Source: Trueperaceae bacterium (GTDB taxonomy: Bacteria > Deinococcota > Deinococci > Deinococcales > Trueperaceae). From it: 64,000 nucleotides of DNA. Position 1 is the stretch's first letter, and each line of letters starts with the position of its first letter. The notes under the pieces are model-generated. The model searched no databases and was not told the DNA's origin. It saw only the letters and a list, made by a program, of their open reading frames with translations. The DNA lies in the NCBI GenBank assembly GCA_965213705.1, contig OZ243913.1, forward strand, positions 224,001 through 288,000, written 5' to 3'. The translations under genes and the position numbers were made by a program. Positions 1-10,446 of the stretch are shown one piece after another.

Positions 1-353
1 TAGAGGGCCGCTCTAAACCCCGCTCCGCGTCGCTCATGCGACTTTTGAGCGAGCCGCCGCGAGAGTGCGTGACGCCCGACGGGACCCAACCACCCGCGAA
101 GCGTCGCCTGTGATGCGCCCGCGCCCTGTGGCGCACCTACAAAGCGAACCCGCTCCGAGCGCATCAGGCTCGAGCTGTTTGTGTACCCGCCGACCACCCA
201 TGTGCCGAACCCACCCCACACCGTTTTACCACAGAACTTCCAGTGAGTATCGCCACAATTTTTGAGCCGGACGGGCACCTTTTTTCAACGACCTGAAGAC
301 CGAGGGGAGCGCAGTCGGGTACGTTGAAGCTCTCAGACAACTTCCGGTGCGGC

Positions 354-959
354 TCAGCGAACGGCGTCCAAAAACTCCTGCCGGGTCGCAGGGTCGTCTT
401 TGAACACGCCGCGCAGGGCGCTCGTGCGGGTTGAAGAACCCTGCTTTTCGACGCCGCGCATCATCATGCAGAGGTGGCTGGCTTCGGTGACGACGGCCAC
501 ACCGCGGGGCGCGAGTACGTCTTGAAGCGCGTCGGCGATTTGACCCGTCATGCGTTCTTGCACCTGCATCCGCCGCGCAAACACGTCGACGATGCGGGCG
601 AACTTGCTCAGGCCCAAGACTTTTTTGTCGGGGACATAAGCGACGTGCGCGCGGCCGAAAAAGGGCAACATGTGGTGTTCGCAGAGGCTGTAAAACTCCA
701 CGTTTTTCACCACCACCATCTCGCTGCCCTCGGCGGAAAAGAGCGCGCCGTTGACGACGTCGGCGATAGACACGCCGTAACCGCTTGTCAGAAACCGCAA
801 AGAACGTTCGACCCGGTGGGGCGTTTTGACGAGACCTTCGCGGCTCAGGTTTTCGCCCAAAGCGGCGATGAGGCTGGCAATCAGCGGGCCGAGGGTGGTT
901 TCGCCGACCTCGTCGAACTCGGGGTCGGCGGGATGTAGCAAGTGGGTGGCGTTTCTCAC
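354..959 (-). CDS. folE: GTP cyclohydrolase I
   Basis: Motifs [52 protein letters not shown] at 959 follows a GGAGGA RBS; the ORF track extends to 1019. Confidence 0.95.
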   Translation of the reverse strand: MRNATHLLHPADPEFDEVGETTLGPLIASLIAALGENLSREGLVKTPHRVERSLRFLTSGYGVSIADVVNGALFSAEGSEMVVVKNVEFYSLCEHHMLPFFGRAHVAYVPDKKVLGLSKFARIVDVFARRMQVQERMTGQIADALQDVLAPRGVAVVTEASHLCMMMRGVEKQGSSTRTSALRGVFKDDPATRQEFLDAVR

Positions 960-1156
960 TTTCAAGCTCCTCCCAGCGGTCGGCGCGCGGACCCGCACCC
1001 CCGAGCCCGCCGCGTCCAAACGTTGCCCAAGCGTAAGGCGTTTCGGCGCGGGGCTTTGTATCGGGTCGAAGCTTTGCCCGACCCTGCGGACGACGTGAGG
1101 CGCAACCCCTGGGCCGCCCCCTTGGACACCCGTTCGTCAGACGCTAAACTGCGCAG

Positions 1157-2407
1157 GTGGAAACTTTGCGCCTCGAGCAGCAAGACAGCTACCGAACCCG
1201 GTTCGAAGCCGCCGTAACGAGCGTGCGCCAAGAAGACGGCGCGCTCTGGGTCGCGCTCGACCAGAGTTTGTTTTATCCCGAGTCCGGCGGTCAACCCGCC
1301 GACAGGGGTATGCTCGGCGCTGATAAAGTCACGTACAGGGTCACAGACGTACAAAAACGGAACGGGGCGGTGTGGCACCGGCTCGAGCCCCACACCGCCC
1401 CGCCTAATCCTGTCGAGTTCAACACTGCCGAGCCCGGCCCCGGTCTCGACGTCGGGCAGGGCGTCATGGGCACCCTCGACTGGCAGCGCCGCTACCGCCA
1501 CATGCAGCGCCACAGCGCCCAGCACCTGCTGTCCCAAGCTTTTTTGCGGGTTAACCCGGCTTTCGAAACCCGCTCGGTAGGTTTAGCGAGCGAGGTTTGC
1601 ACCCTCGACTTGGCGGGCGAACCCGCCGCGGCCGACTGCGCCGCGGCCGAGCGGACGGTGAGTGCGGTCTGTTACCAAAACCTGCCTGTACGCGTCTTTG
1701 AAGTGGACGAGCGCAGTTTGGGCGACTACGCGCTGCGCCGCCCGCCCAAGGTGACGGGCCGTGTTCGGCTCGTCGAAATGGGCGACTTCGAGCTTTCAGC
1801 CTGCGGCGGTACCCACCTGCGCAGCACCGCGGAGGCGTTGCCCGTCAAGGTGTTGGGCGCGGAGCGCGTCAAACGTGAACGGGTACGGGTGCGCTTTAGC
1901 GCGGGCGTAGAGGCCCTGGACGACTACCGGCTCAAACACCGCGTCGTCGCAAGTTTGGGCCGCACTTTGAGCGCGCCGTCGGCGGACTTGCCGGGGCGGG
2001 TCGCCGCGCTGCAAGAAGAATTGAGTGAGGCGCGGCGGTCTTTGCAGCAAAACCTCGAGCAGCGGGCCGAACGCGCCGCCGAAGACTTGCTGACGCGCGC
2101 TCGGGTTACGGGGGCCGGGCGCGTGGTGACGGCGCAGCTCGAGCCCGGTTTGCTGCAACCGGTCGCCGCGGCGCTGTGCCGAACACCCGACGTCATCGCC
2201 CTGCTCGGCAGCGCGGAACACGAACGGGCCACGCTGCTGTTCGTGCGAGGTGAGGTTGCGACCGCCGACATGAACTCCGCCTTGCGCGCGGTGCTGCCCC
2301 TCGTGGACGGACGCGGCGGCGGCAAACCCGACCGCGCGCAAGGCGGCGGCGCGGCGGCCGGGTTGACTGCAGCGCTTGAGCGCGCCGCGCACCTGTTGAG
2401 TGGGTGA
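1157..2407 (+). CDS. AlaX-like alanyl-tRNA editing protein with C-terminal DHHA1 domain
   Basis: FYPESGGQPADRG, Zn ligands HSAQH and CGGTH, C-terminal GRGGGKPDRAQGGG. TAAACT box 6 nt before the GTG. Confidence 0.9.
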   Translation: METLRLEQQDSYRTRFEAAVTSVRQEDGALWVALDQSLFYPESGGQPADRGMLGADKVTYRVTDVQKRNGAVWHRLEPHTAPPNPVEFNTAEPGPGLDVGQGVMGTLDWQRRYRHMQRHSAQHLLSQAFLRVNPAFETRSVGLASEVCTLDLAGEPAAADCAAAERTVSAVCYQNLPVRVFEVDERSLGDYALRRPPKVTGRVRLVEMGDFELSACGGTHLRSTAEALPVKVLGAERVKRERVRVRFSAGVEALDDYRLKHRVVASLGRTLSAPSADLPGRVAALQEELSEARRSLQQNLEQRAERAAEDLLTRARVTGAGRVVTAQLEPGLLQPVAAALCRTPDVIALLGSAEHERATLLFVRGEVATADMNSALRAVLPLVDGRGGGKPDRAQGGGAAAGLTAALERAAHLLSG

Positions 2408-2599
2408 AAGCTTGAATGGGTGAGAGCCCAACCCGGCCTTTTTTCTTGACCACCCGTCGCCCCGGCGAGTCCGCCGGTTATACTGCGCTGTTGTGCGCCC
2501 GGCGTTGTGCGCCCGGACACGTTTGACGCGCCGGTCGGCGGGTAGCCGCGGCGACGCAGCCGTTCGGTGGGGACGGACCTGAAAGCGATGTGGAGAAAC

Positions 2600-3643
2600 A
2601 TGTTTAGATTTTGGCAGGAAATCGGCGTCGACTTGGGCACGGCGAGCGTGCTTATCTACGTCAAAGGCAAGGGCATCAAACTTCGCGAGCCCTCGGTTAT
2701 CGCGATGGTGCGCGATACCGGCGAGGTCAAGGCGGTCGGCGAGGAGGCGTACCGGATGCTCGGGCGCACACCCGGCAACATCGTGGCGGTACGGCCCATG
2801 CGTGACGGCGTCATCGCCGACTACGACCTGACCGAAAAGATGCTGAAGGCTTTTGTCGGCAAGGTGTTGGGTCGTACGAGGGGCATGTTCGGCATGTTCC
2901 GCCCCAACATCATGATTTGTGTGCCGTCGGGCGTGACCGAGGTGGAAAAGCGCGCCGTGTTGCAGGCAACGCGTGAGGTCGGGGCGCGCAAAGCCTACCT
3001 TATAGAGGAACCGCTCGCCGCGGCCATCGGTGCGGGCGTGAACATCGGCGAACCCACGGGCTCGATGATTGTCGACATCGGCGGGGGCACGACCGACGTC
3101 GCCATCATCAGTTTGGGCGGCATCGTGGTGAGCGAAAGTCTGCGCGTCGCGGGCAACGAGTTCGACGAGGCCATCATCCGCTTTGTACGCCAAAAAGAAA
3201 ACCTGCTCATCGGCGACCGCACCGCCGAAGAGGTCAAGATAAAAGTCGGCGCGGCCGTTATCAACGAGCCCGACGACGTGCGCGAACTCTCGGTGCGCGG
3301 GCGCGACCTTATCAACGGTTTGCCCAAAACGGTGACGATGACCAGCGAGGACGTGGTCGCGGCGCTTGAAGAGCCGTTGCAGCGCATCGCCGAGTCGGTG
3401 CGGCGGGTGCTCGAGCACGCTCCGCCCGAACTCGTCGCCGACGTTATCGACCGCGGTATTATCATGACCGGCGGCGGCTCGTTGTTAGCGAACTTCGACA
3501 CGCTGCTGCGCAAAACGACCGGCATCCCCGTCGTCGTCGCGGACAACGCCGTCGACAGCGTCGCCCTGGGCACGGGTCAAGCCCTGGAGATGCTCGGCGT
3601 GCTGCGCGAGGCGCTCATCTCGGACAAGTTCTTGCGGCGCTGA
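2600..3643 (+). CDS. mreB: Rod shape-determining actin homologue (MreB/Mbl family)
   Basis: IGVDLGTA, EPSVIA, GRTPGNI, RPMRDGVIAD, EEPLAAAIGAG, DIGGGTTD, TGGGSLL. GGAGA precedes ATG 2600. Confidence 0.93.
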   Translation: MFRFWQEIGVDLGTASVLIYVKGKGIKLREPSVIAMVRDTGEVKAVGEEAYRMLGRTPGNIVAVRPMRDGVIADYDLTEKMLKAFVGKVLGRTRGMFGMFRPNIMICVPSGVTEVEKRAVLQATREVGARKAYLIEEPLAAAIGAGVNIGEPTGSMIVDIGGGTTDVAIISLGGIVVSESLRVAGNEFDEAIIRFVRQKENLLIGDRTAEEVKIKVGAAVINEPDDVRELSVRGRDLINGLPKTVTMTSEDVVAALEEPLQRIAESVRRVLEHAPPELVADVIDRGIIMTGGGSLLANFDTLLRKTTGIPVVVADNAVDSVALGTGQALEMLGVLREALISDKFLRR

Positions 3644-3675
3644 GTTCAATCGCCGACGTGCGGTAGCATGGGCAC

Positions 3676-5406
3676 GTGAAACGTTTTTGGCGCTTTTGTC
3701 TGTTCGGAACCCTGGCGGTCGCCGCGTCGCCCGCTTTTGCAACCACTTTTCCCTTGTCGGACCTGCGACCGGGCTTGACGGGTTACGGGCTCACCGCCGG
3801 TCCCGGCAACGTCGTCGAGCGCTTCGGAATTGAGGTCTTGGGTCTGCAGGCGGACACCGGCCTGGGGTTTCCGGTGGTGCTGGTGCAGGCCTCGGGCGAC
3901 TTTATCACCGCCTCGGGCGGGGTCGCCGCCGGGATGAGCGGCAGCCCGGTGTACTTGTCCTTAAACGGTGAGGACGCGCTGCTGGGCGCTGTCGGCTACG
4001 TGTTCCCGAGCAGCGACCACAGTCTAGCGCTCGTCACACCCATCGCGACGATGCAAGAGGCGACGACCGCGGACTTTGTTCCGTTCGGCCGGGAGCGGTT
4101 CGCCGGACTCGGCGCGGCCGTCCCGGTGCGCACCCCGCTGTTGCTGTCGGGCGTGAGCGAACGGGCGAGCCGGAGGGTCGCGCCCCTGTTTCAGGCCGCC
4201 GGTCTCGAGGTAGTGCCGGTGCAAACGGGCGGTGGCGGTTTCGACGAGGGCGAGTACCGGCTCGAGCCGGGCAGCGCCGTGAGCGTCCAACTCGTCCGTG
4301 GCGACGTCACCGTGGCGGCGGTCGGCACGGTGACGAGCGTCGAACAGGACACGGTATTGGCCTTTGGACATCCGCTCTTGAACGCGGGCGCGGTCTCGTT
4401 CGCGTTCGCGCCCGCGTTTGTCTCCTACATCGTGCCGAGCGACGTCGTGCCGTTCAAGCTCGCCGACAGCGGCAAAACGGTGTTGGGTACGATTTTACAA
4501 GACCGACCCGCCGCCATTGCCGGACGCTTAAACGAAACGCCCGACCTGCTCCCGGTCACCCTCACCCTGGACGGGCCGGGGGGCACGACGGCCAAGGCGT
4601 TTGAAATCACCAGAGACGAACGCTTTTACGCGCCGCTTCTCGCCACCGCGACTTTGCAACTGCTCGACGAAGCGCGCGCGCAAGTCGGCGCGGGCACGGT
4701 CGACCTCGCCTGGGACATCACGCTGCAAGACGGCGTCAAGCTGCGCGTGCTCGAGCAAGTCAGCGACCCCGACGACGTCGCCTCGGCGGCGGCGGGGTTG
4801 GCGGCGACGCCGCTCGCCGTGCTGGCCGGCAACATCTTCGAAGCGCCCGACGTCCAAAGAGTAGCCGTCAGGCTCAGTTTCGAAGACGACCAGCGCACCG
4901 CCGAAATTATCGAGGTCATAGCCGACAGCGAAACGCTTCAACCGGGTCAACCCTTCAACGTCCACGTGCGTTTGCAACCTTACCGGTCCCCGCCCGTGGT
5001 GGAAAACCTGAGCCTTTACTTTCCTAAAGACGCTACCGGCGACCTCACCGTGACCTTTCGCGGCGGCCTCACAGCGCCGGAAAACGAAGAAGAGGTCGAA
5101 AAGGAAGACGGCAACCCCATTCTGTCCTTCGGCGAACTTTTAGTGGTGCTGCACGACCAGGTCCAGTCGAGCGAACTCGTCGTCGAAACCGAGCTGGACG
5201 GGGAGACGGTGCGTTTGGAGCGCCTGACGTTCCCGTACCTCGTCAAGGGTGAAAAAACGCTTTCTGTGACCGTCGGTGAAGAAGACTCGAGCCCCGAAGA
5301 AACCGCCCCCGACGACACCGTCCCGGCCGAACCCGTGCCCGCACCGGACGAGCTTTTGCCCGACCCCAGCCCCGATCCGGTGCCGCCGCTCGAGCCTAGC
5401 CCGTGA
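3676..5406 (+). CDS. Secreted SpoIVB-like peptidase S55 domain protein
   Basis: Signal peptide, [25 protein letters not shown], and an acidic Pro-rich tail. Confidence 0.85.
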   Translation: MKRFWRFCLFGTLAVAASPAFATTFPLSDLRPGLTGYGLTAGPGNVVERFGIEVLGLQADTGLGFPVVLVQASGDFITASGGVAAGMSGSPVYLSLNGEDALLGAVGYVFPSSDHSLALVTPIATMQEATTADFVPFGRERFAGLGAAVPVRTPLLLSGVSERASRRVAPLFQAAGLEVVPVQTGGGGFDEGEYRLEPGSAVSVQLVRGDVTVAAVGTVTSVEQDTVLAFGHPLLNAGAVSFAFAPAFVSYIVPSDVVPFKLADSGKTVLGTILQDRPAAIAGRLNETPDLLPVTLTLDGPGGTTAKAFEITRDERFYAPLLATATLQLLDEARAQVGAGTVDLAWDITLQDGVKLRVLEQVSDPDDVASAAAGLAATPLAVLAGNIFEAPDVQRVAVRLSFEDDQRTAEIIEVIADSETLQPGQPFNVHVRLQPYRSPPVVENLSLYFPKDATGDLTVTFRGGLTAPENEEEVEKEDGNPILSFGELLVVLHDQVQSSELVVETELDGETVRLERLTFPYLVKGEKTLSVTVGEEDSSPEETAPDDTVPAEPVPAPDELLPDPSPDPVPPLEPSP

Positions 5407-6404
5407 CCCCGCACGACGCTCAAGCTTTGAGCGATTTTTTGGGCGGTCGTCTTGTCGGCGAAAATCGCTCTGTGGCTACCCTGCGCCCACCTGAGAAACC
5501 CACGCCGGACGCCGTCGTCGTCCTCGGCACTCGAGCCGAGGCGGAAATCTTGAGCGACGCCGAGGTCGCCGTGCTCGTGGTGCCCGGCACGCTGCAGTTC
5601 GACTTTTTACACCCGCTCATCCGCGTGACAGACACCCGGCTCGCGCTGGCGCGACTTTCAACACTCTTCGACGAGCGCCCGAGGGTGGCCGAGGGAATTT
5701 GCTCGAGCGCTACCGTCCATGACACCGCCCTGCTCGCCGAGGACGTCCACCTGGGCGCGGGCGTGGTCGTCGGGGCGGGCGCGCGCCTGGGCCGCGGCAC
5801 GCGCGTCGGGCCGGGCTGCGTGTTAGGCGCAGGCGCGCGCGTGGGCGAAGACTGCACGCTGCACGCAAACGTCACGCTTTACGACGGCGTGACGCTGCAC
5901 AGTCGGGTAACGCTCCACAGCGGCGTGGTGGTCGGCGCGGACGGTTTCGGCTACGCGCGGGGGGAGCGCGGCGCGGTCAAGATTCACCACCTGGGCGGCG
6001 TGGTGTTGGAAGACGACGTGGAAGTCGGCGCGAACACGTGCATCGACCGGGGCACCCTGCAGAACACCCGCGTCGGCGCGCGCAGCAAAATCGACAACCT
6101 CTGCCAAATTGGGCACAACGTAACCATCGGGCCGGACTGTTTGATAGCGGGCACGGTCGGCATCGCCGGGAGCACGGTGTTGGGCGCGCGCGTTACGGTC
6201 GGCGGCTCGGCGGGCATCGGCGACCACCTCAACATCGGCGACGACGCGCGCGTGGCGGGCCGGGCGGGCGTCATCAAAGACATCCCGGCCGGGGAAACCT
6301 GGGCGGGCTTTCCGGCGCGGCCCCACAGGGCGTGGCTGCGGGGGTTGTACTTGCAGGGCAAGCTCGAGACCCTGTGGCAAGCTTTTAGAGAAAATCGTGG
6401 TTAG
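5403..6404 (+). CDS. lpxD: UDP-3-O-acylglucosamine N-acyltransferase
   Basis: Hexapeptide repeats, [33 protein letters not shown]. Confidence 0.93.
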   Translation: MTPHDAQALSDFLGGRLVGENRSVATLRPPEKPTPDAVVVLGTRAEAEILSDAEVAVLVVPGTLQFDFLHPLIRVTDTRLALARLSTLFDERPRVAEGICSSATVHDTALLAEDVHLGAGVVVGAGARLGRGTRVGPGCVLGAGARVGEDCTLHANVTLYDGVTLHSRVTLHSGVVVGADGFGYARGERGAVKIHHLGGVVLEDDVEVGANTCIDRGTLQNTRVGARSKIDNLCQIGHNVTIGPDCLIAGTVGIAGSTVLGARVTVGGSAGIGDHLNIGDDARVAGRAGVIKDIPAGETWAGFPARPHRAWLRGLYLQGKLETLWQAFRENRG

Positions 6405-7170
6405 CGGCCACGCCCTGCACAGCGGCGTGTTTTGCGAGGTGCGCTTTCACGTCGAAGAAGGGCCGGTGCGTTTTGTCCGCAACGGCACGAACGTCGAAGC
6501 GACCCTGCAAAACGTGACCAGCACAGAACGTTGCACGACTTTGAGTTACGACGGAGAAAGTGTCACGCTGGTCGAACACCTGCTGGCCGCGCTCCACGTG
6601 CGCGGCTGGTGGCGCGGCCTCGTCGTCGAGGCGAGCGCCGCCGAACTGCCGATTTTGGACGGCTCGAGCGCGCCGTGGCTGCCCGAACTCGACGCCCTCG
6701 GCCCGCCGCCCGCACCGCCGCCGCCCTTGGAAATCACTGAGGATTTGGGGCTCGAGCTGAACGGCAGCCGCTTGAGCGTGTCGCCGGGCGAGCCCTCACT
6801 TTACGTTGAGGTAGCCTACGACCACCCGGCGCTGCGGCGGCAAAGCTGGCAGGGAGACGCGGGCCGCTACAGCGAACTTTTAGGGGCGCGGACCTTCGGT
6901 TTTTTAGGCGACTTCGAAAGTTTGCGCCGCGCCGGGCTCGTTGCGCACGCGACGCTGGAAAATGCTATCGTTTACGCAGAGGGGGGACCGCTCACGCCGC
7001 TCAGAAGCGTGGACGAGCCTGTTAAACACAAAGCCTTAGACCTGTTGGGGGATATGTTCTTGCTAGGCCGACCGCTTCACGGCAGCCTTTGCGCTGTCAA
7101 AGGCTCCCACACCAGCCACGTTGCTTTCGCACGGCGGCTCCGGGCTCATCTCCAGCTCGAGACCCCATGA
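6397..7170 (+). CDS. lpxC: UDP-3-O-acyl-N-acetylglucosamine deacetylase
   Basis: [38 protein letters not shown] (HKxLD zinc motif). Confidence 0.92.
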   Translation: MVSGHALHSGVFCEVRFHVEEGPVRFVRNGTNVEATLQNVTSTERCTTLSYDGESVTLVEHLLAALHVRGWWRGLVVEASAAELPILDGSSAPWLPELDALGPPPAPPPPLEITEDLGLELNGSRLSVSPGEPSLYVEVAYDHPALRRQSWQGDAGRYSELLGARTFGFLGDFESLRRAGLVAHATLENAIVYAEGGPLTPLRSVDEPVKHKALDLLGDMFLLGRPLHGSLCAVKGSHTSHVAFARRLRAHLQLETP

Positions 7171-7180
7171 AACGAACTTC

Positions 7181-8146
7181 ATGAAACGCCTCAGGGTCGG
7201 CGTCGTCGGTGCAGGCGTGATGGGCAAACATCATGCCAACATCTACGCCGCGCTGCCCCATGTCGACCTCGTCGCCGTCGCCGACCCGGACCCCACACAA
7301 CGCCGTGAAATGAGCGACCGTTACGCCGTCGAAACCTACCCGGACGCCGAAACGCTGCTGAGCCATGCCCGCTTGGACGCGGTGAGCATCGCCGCGCCGA
7401 CGAGCCTGCATTACCGCCTCAGCAAGCGTTTTTTAGAAGCGGGTGTTCACGTTTTGGTCGAAAAGCCGGTCGCCACCGACATGTTCCAGGCCAAAGCCCT
7501 CATAGGCTTGAGCCGCGAGCGCGGGCTCGTGCTGCAAGTCGGGCACATCACCCGGTTTTACAAGGCGGTCGACCTGCTCAAAGAACAGTCACGGCGGCCC
7601 TACCTCATCGAAGCGCGGCGGCTCACCCCTTACGCCCGCATCAAAGACGCGGGCGTCATTTTGGACCTGATGATTCACGACATCGACATCGTGCTGAGTT
7701 TGGTGAGCAGCGAAGTCAAAAGCGTCAGCGTGTCGGGCCACGTCCTGAACGGCAGCCCCTTTGAAGACGTGGCGGCGGCGCAAATCGTCTTTGAAAACGG
7801 CTGTATCGCCCGCTTTTTGGCGAGCCGCGTCGCCCCCGACGCCGAGCGCACCCTCGTCGTCGCCGAGGCCGAGCAGACCCTGCGCTTGGACTTCGCCAAA
7901 GAGCCGCACACCGAGATGGCCGTCTATAAACCGCTCCACGACGAGACCGGCAACGGCCACGTGCAAGTCGACGTGCGCAGCGTGTACGAGGACAACCCGC
8001 TCCGCAAGGAACTCGAGCACTTTTTAGCCCGCATCCGCACCGGCGCGCCGCCGGTGGGCACCCCTGAGGACGACCTGCGCTCGCTCAGTTTGGCGACGCA
8101 GTTGATTGAGAAGTTGGAAGTCACGCGGACGGCGCAGTTGGTGTGA
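7181..8146 (+). CDS. Gfo/Idh/MocA oxidoreductase (GnnA-like by position)
   Basis: VGVVGAGVMG, HVLVEKP, LQVGH, DLMIHDID. Located inside the lpx cluster. Confidence 0.85.
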   Translation: MKRLRVGVVGAGVMGKHHANIYAALPHVDLVAVADPDPTQRREMSDRYAVETYPDAETLLSHARLDAVSIAAPTSLHYRLSKRFLEAGVHVLVEKPVATDMFQAKALIGLSRERGLVLQVGHITRFYKAVDLLKEQSRRPYLIEARRLTPYARIKDAGVILDLMIHDIDIVLSLVSSEVKSVSVSGHVLNGSPFEDVAAAQIVFENGCIARFLASRVAPDAERTLVVAEAEQTLRLDFAKEPHTEMAVYKPLHDETGNGHVQVDVRSVYEDNPLRKELEHFLARIRTGAPPVGTPEDDLRSLSLATQLIEKLEVTRTAQLV

Positions 8147-8188
8147 GGGATATTCATGATTGTAGCTCACTACGATTAAGGATGATAT

Positions 8189-9106
8189 TTGTTAGCTAAA
8201 AAGCGAAAACAGCACTACGTCTGGCGGCATTATCTTAAAGCCTGGTCAGACGAAGATGGGCTTATCTGCTGCTTAAGAGAAGGTAAGATTTTCAGATCAA
8301 ACCCGATGGGGATTGCCCACAGCAGAGACTTCTACAGACTCAGAGAGTTAACCCCTCGCGAAATTGAGCTGGTGAAATTGGCCTTCGTTGATAATTCTCC
8401 TGAACATTTGAAGGATATTAATAGCGATTGGATAAAAATTTTTGGCAGCGTTTTTGAATTTCGAAAGTGTTTAGAAGTACATGAAATGTTGGATGAGGAG
8501 TGGAATGAGTTTTTAGACATTGTAGTGAACAATCTTGAGGAAGAACTTCACGCTGATGTTGAAACGAATTCAGTTAGGTACTTAGCTTCTTTAGTGGAAG
8601 AAGATACTTCTTTCGTTACTAGCCATGAATACATGAATTTTCTTGTTTTCTTGATTTTGCAGTACGTTCGGACAAACAAAGTCAAAACCAATTTTTTGTC
8701 TGCTGTACACGGTGTTATTCCAAACATAAATGTAGAAGCTGTTTGGAGCGTTTCCAAACATATTTTTGCAACGAATTTTGCATGGAACTTATATTCCAAA
8801 CGAGAAAAGATGAAACTATACTTGCTTAGAAACACGACATCCGCTGAGCTTATTACTGGTGACCAACTAGTGGTTAACACTTACGCAACTGACACAGAAA
8901 AATATCAACCTGTAGATGATCTGGAGCTGTATTACCCTATTACGCCAAGGTTGGGAATACTTATAACTGATCAGTTATCCTTGCGGAACGGTGAGATTTT
9001 AGAGCTAAATGAAGACGATGTTGCAGTGTACAATCATCATATTTTTCAGAATGCACACGACCAAATTTATAGCCTTTCACGAGTTTCGTTAGAGAAGTTA
9101 ATGTAA
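8189..9106 (+). CDS. DUF4238-like protein, AT-rich insertion
   Basis: N-terminal KQHYVWRHYLKAW, central QYVRT, LITGDQLVVN and YYPITP are typical of DUF4238. GC drops sharply relative to the flanks. Confidence 0.75.
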   Translation: MLAKKRKQHYVWRHYLKAWSDEDGLICCLREGKIFRSNPMGIAHSRDFYRLRELTPREIELVKLAFVDNSPEHLKDINSDWIKIFGSVFEFRKCLEVHEMLDEEWNEFLDIVVNNLEEELHADVETNSVRYLASLVEEDTSFVTSHEYMNFLVFLILQYVRTNKVKTNFLSAVHGVIPNINVEAVWSVSKHIFATNFAWNLYSKREKMKLYLLRNTTSAELITGDQLVVNTYATDTEKYQPVDDLELYYPITPRLGILITDQLSLRNGEILELNEDDVAVYNHHIFQNAHDQIYSLSRVSLEKLM

Positions 9107-9177
9107 ATCAAAACGCAACTAGGCACTGCAAGAGTTCACCTCCCGACCCGCCCGGCCCGAATGCTAGACTGACCCCC

Positions 9178-9612
9178 ATGACCACCCGACCCCAAACCGT
9201 CGACATCCGCGCGCTGTTGCCGCACCGTTACCCGTTTTTGATGGTGGACGCCTTTGTTTCGCAGCAGGGCGACAGTTTCGAATGTGTCAAAAACGTGAGT
9301 TTCAACGAGCCCTTTTTTCAGGGCCACTTTCCCGAAGAACCGGTGATGCCGGGGGTGCTGATTCTCGAGGCCCTAGCCCAAGCCGCCGCCGTGGGTCTGG
9401 CGGTGCGTGAGGGTGCGTTCGACAAGCGCGTCGGCTACTTCGTCGGCATCGACGCCGCCAAGTTCACGCGGAAAGTCGTGCCGGGCGACCGTTTGCGCTT
9501 AACCGGCGACATTTTGCTCTATCGGCGCAGGCTTTACAAAGTGGCGACTAAGGCTCTTGTGGGTGACGAGCTGGCCGCCGAAGCGCAACTGGCGTTCGTG
9601 TTCGCGGAGTAG
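9178..9612 (+). CDS. fabZ: 3-hydroxyacyl-ACP dehydratase
   Basis: LPHRYPFLMVD, KNVSFNEPFFQGHFP, PGVLILEALAQ. Confidence 0.96.
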   Translation: MTTRPQTVDIRALLPHRYPFLMVDAFVSQQGDSFECVKNVSFNEPFFQGHFPEEPVMPGVLILEALAQAAAVGLAVREGAFDKRVGYFVGIDAAKFTRKVVPGDRLRLTGDILLYRRRLYKVATKALVGDELAAEAQLAFVFAE

Positions 9613-9613
9613 C

Positions 9614-10384
9614 GTGCCGGTGCTGCCCCGCATCCACGCCAGCGCCTCGGTGAGTTCGCAAGCGCGGCTCGCCGACACGGTAACGGTCGGGCCGAACGTG
9701 GTGGTAGAAGATGACGTGGTCGTCGAGGACGGCGTCACGCTGCTGGCGGGCACGGTGCTCCACGCGGGCAGCCGGGTCGGGCCGGGGTGCCGTTTGGGAC
9801 CTTACGCAGTGGTCGGCGGCGAGCCGATGGACACTGCGTTCCGGGGTGAAACGAGTTACGCCGTGCTGGAAGCGAATACCGTGCTGCGCGAGTTCGCCAC
9901 GGTTCACCGCGCGACCGGCGAAGGCGAGGTGACGCGGGTCGGCGCGGACACGCTCGTCATGAGTTACGCGCACGTGTCGCACAACACGCGGGTCGGGCGA
10001 GGTTGTGTGCTGACCACAGGCGTGCAGCTCGGTGGACACAGCGAAATCGGCGACTTCGCGGTGCTCGGCTCAGGCGCGCTGCTGCACCAGTTTTGCCGTG
10101 TCGGAACCCACGCCATGTTCGGCGCGGGGAGCGCGACGAACCAGGACGTGCTGCCCTTCAGCTTGGCGCGCGGCAACCTGGCAGCGCACTACCGGCTCAA
10201 CCGGGTGGGGCTGGAGCGGCGCGGTATTGTTGGCGAGCGTTACAAAAACCTCGAGCACGCCGTCCGCGCCTTCCGAAAACGCGACTGGGCGACCCTCGAA
10301 GCGTTGGCCGAGACGAGCGACGACGTGCGGACGATGCTCGAGTTCAAACAAACCTCCAAACGTGGTTTATGCTCTTTCGTGTGA
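9614..10384 (+). CDS. lpxA: Acyl-ACP--UDP-GlcNAc O-acyltransferase
   Basis: IHASASV, hexapeptide repeats, REFATVHRAT, YAHVSHN, LGGH, HQFCRVG, LNRVGLERRG. GTG at 9614 follows the fabZ stop. Confidence 0.92.
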   Translation: MPVLPRIHASASVSSQARLADTVTVGPNVVVEDDVVVEDGVTLLAGTVLHAGSRVGPGCRLGPYAVVGGEPMDTAFRGETSYAVLEANTVLREFATVHRATGEGEVTRVGADTLVMSYAHVSHNTRVGRGCVLTTGVQLGGHSEIGDFAVLGSGALLHQFCRVGTHAMFGAGSATNQDVLPFSLARGNLAAHYRLNRVGLERRGIVGERYKNLEHAVRAFRKRDWATLEALAETSDDVRTMLEFKQTSKRGLCSFV

Positions 10385-10446
10385 GGTCGAACGCCACGTC
10401 GCACTTTCCCCTCGGTACCCGGTACCCGGTTACTCACCCCTGACCC

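Noticed and set aside
1..265. Short ORFs 34..219 (-) and 65..265 (+), and a possible gene start at ATG 37 (-)
   Set aside because: No recognisable motifs, and too little sequence at the window edge to call.
1796..3418. Long antisense ORFs (540 aa here; similarly 10459..11220, 19051..19974, 39451..40386, 47157..48197)
   Set aside because: Shadow frames opposite well-supported high-GC genes, with no independent motifs.
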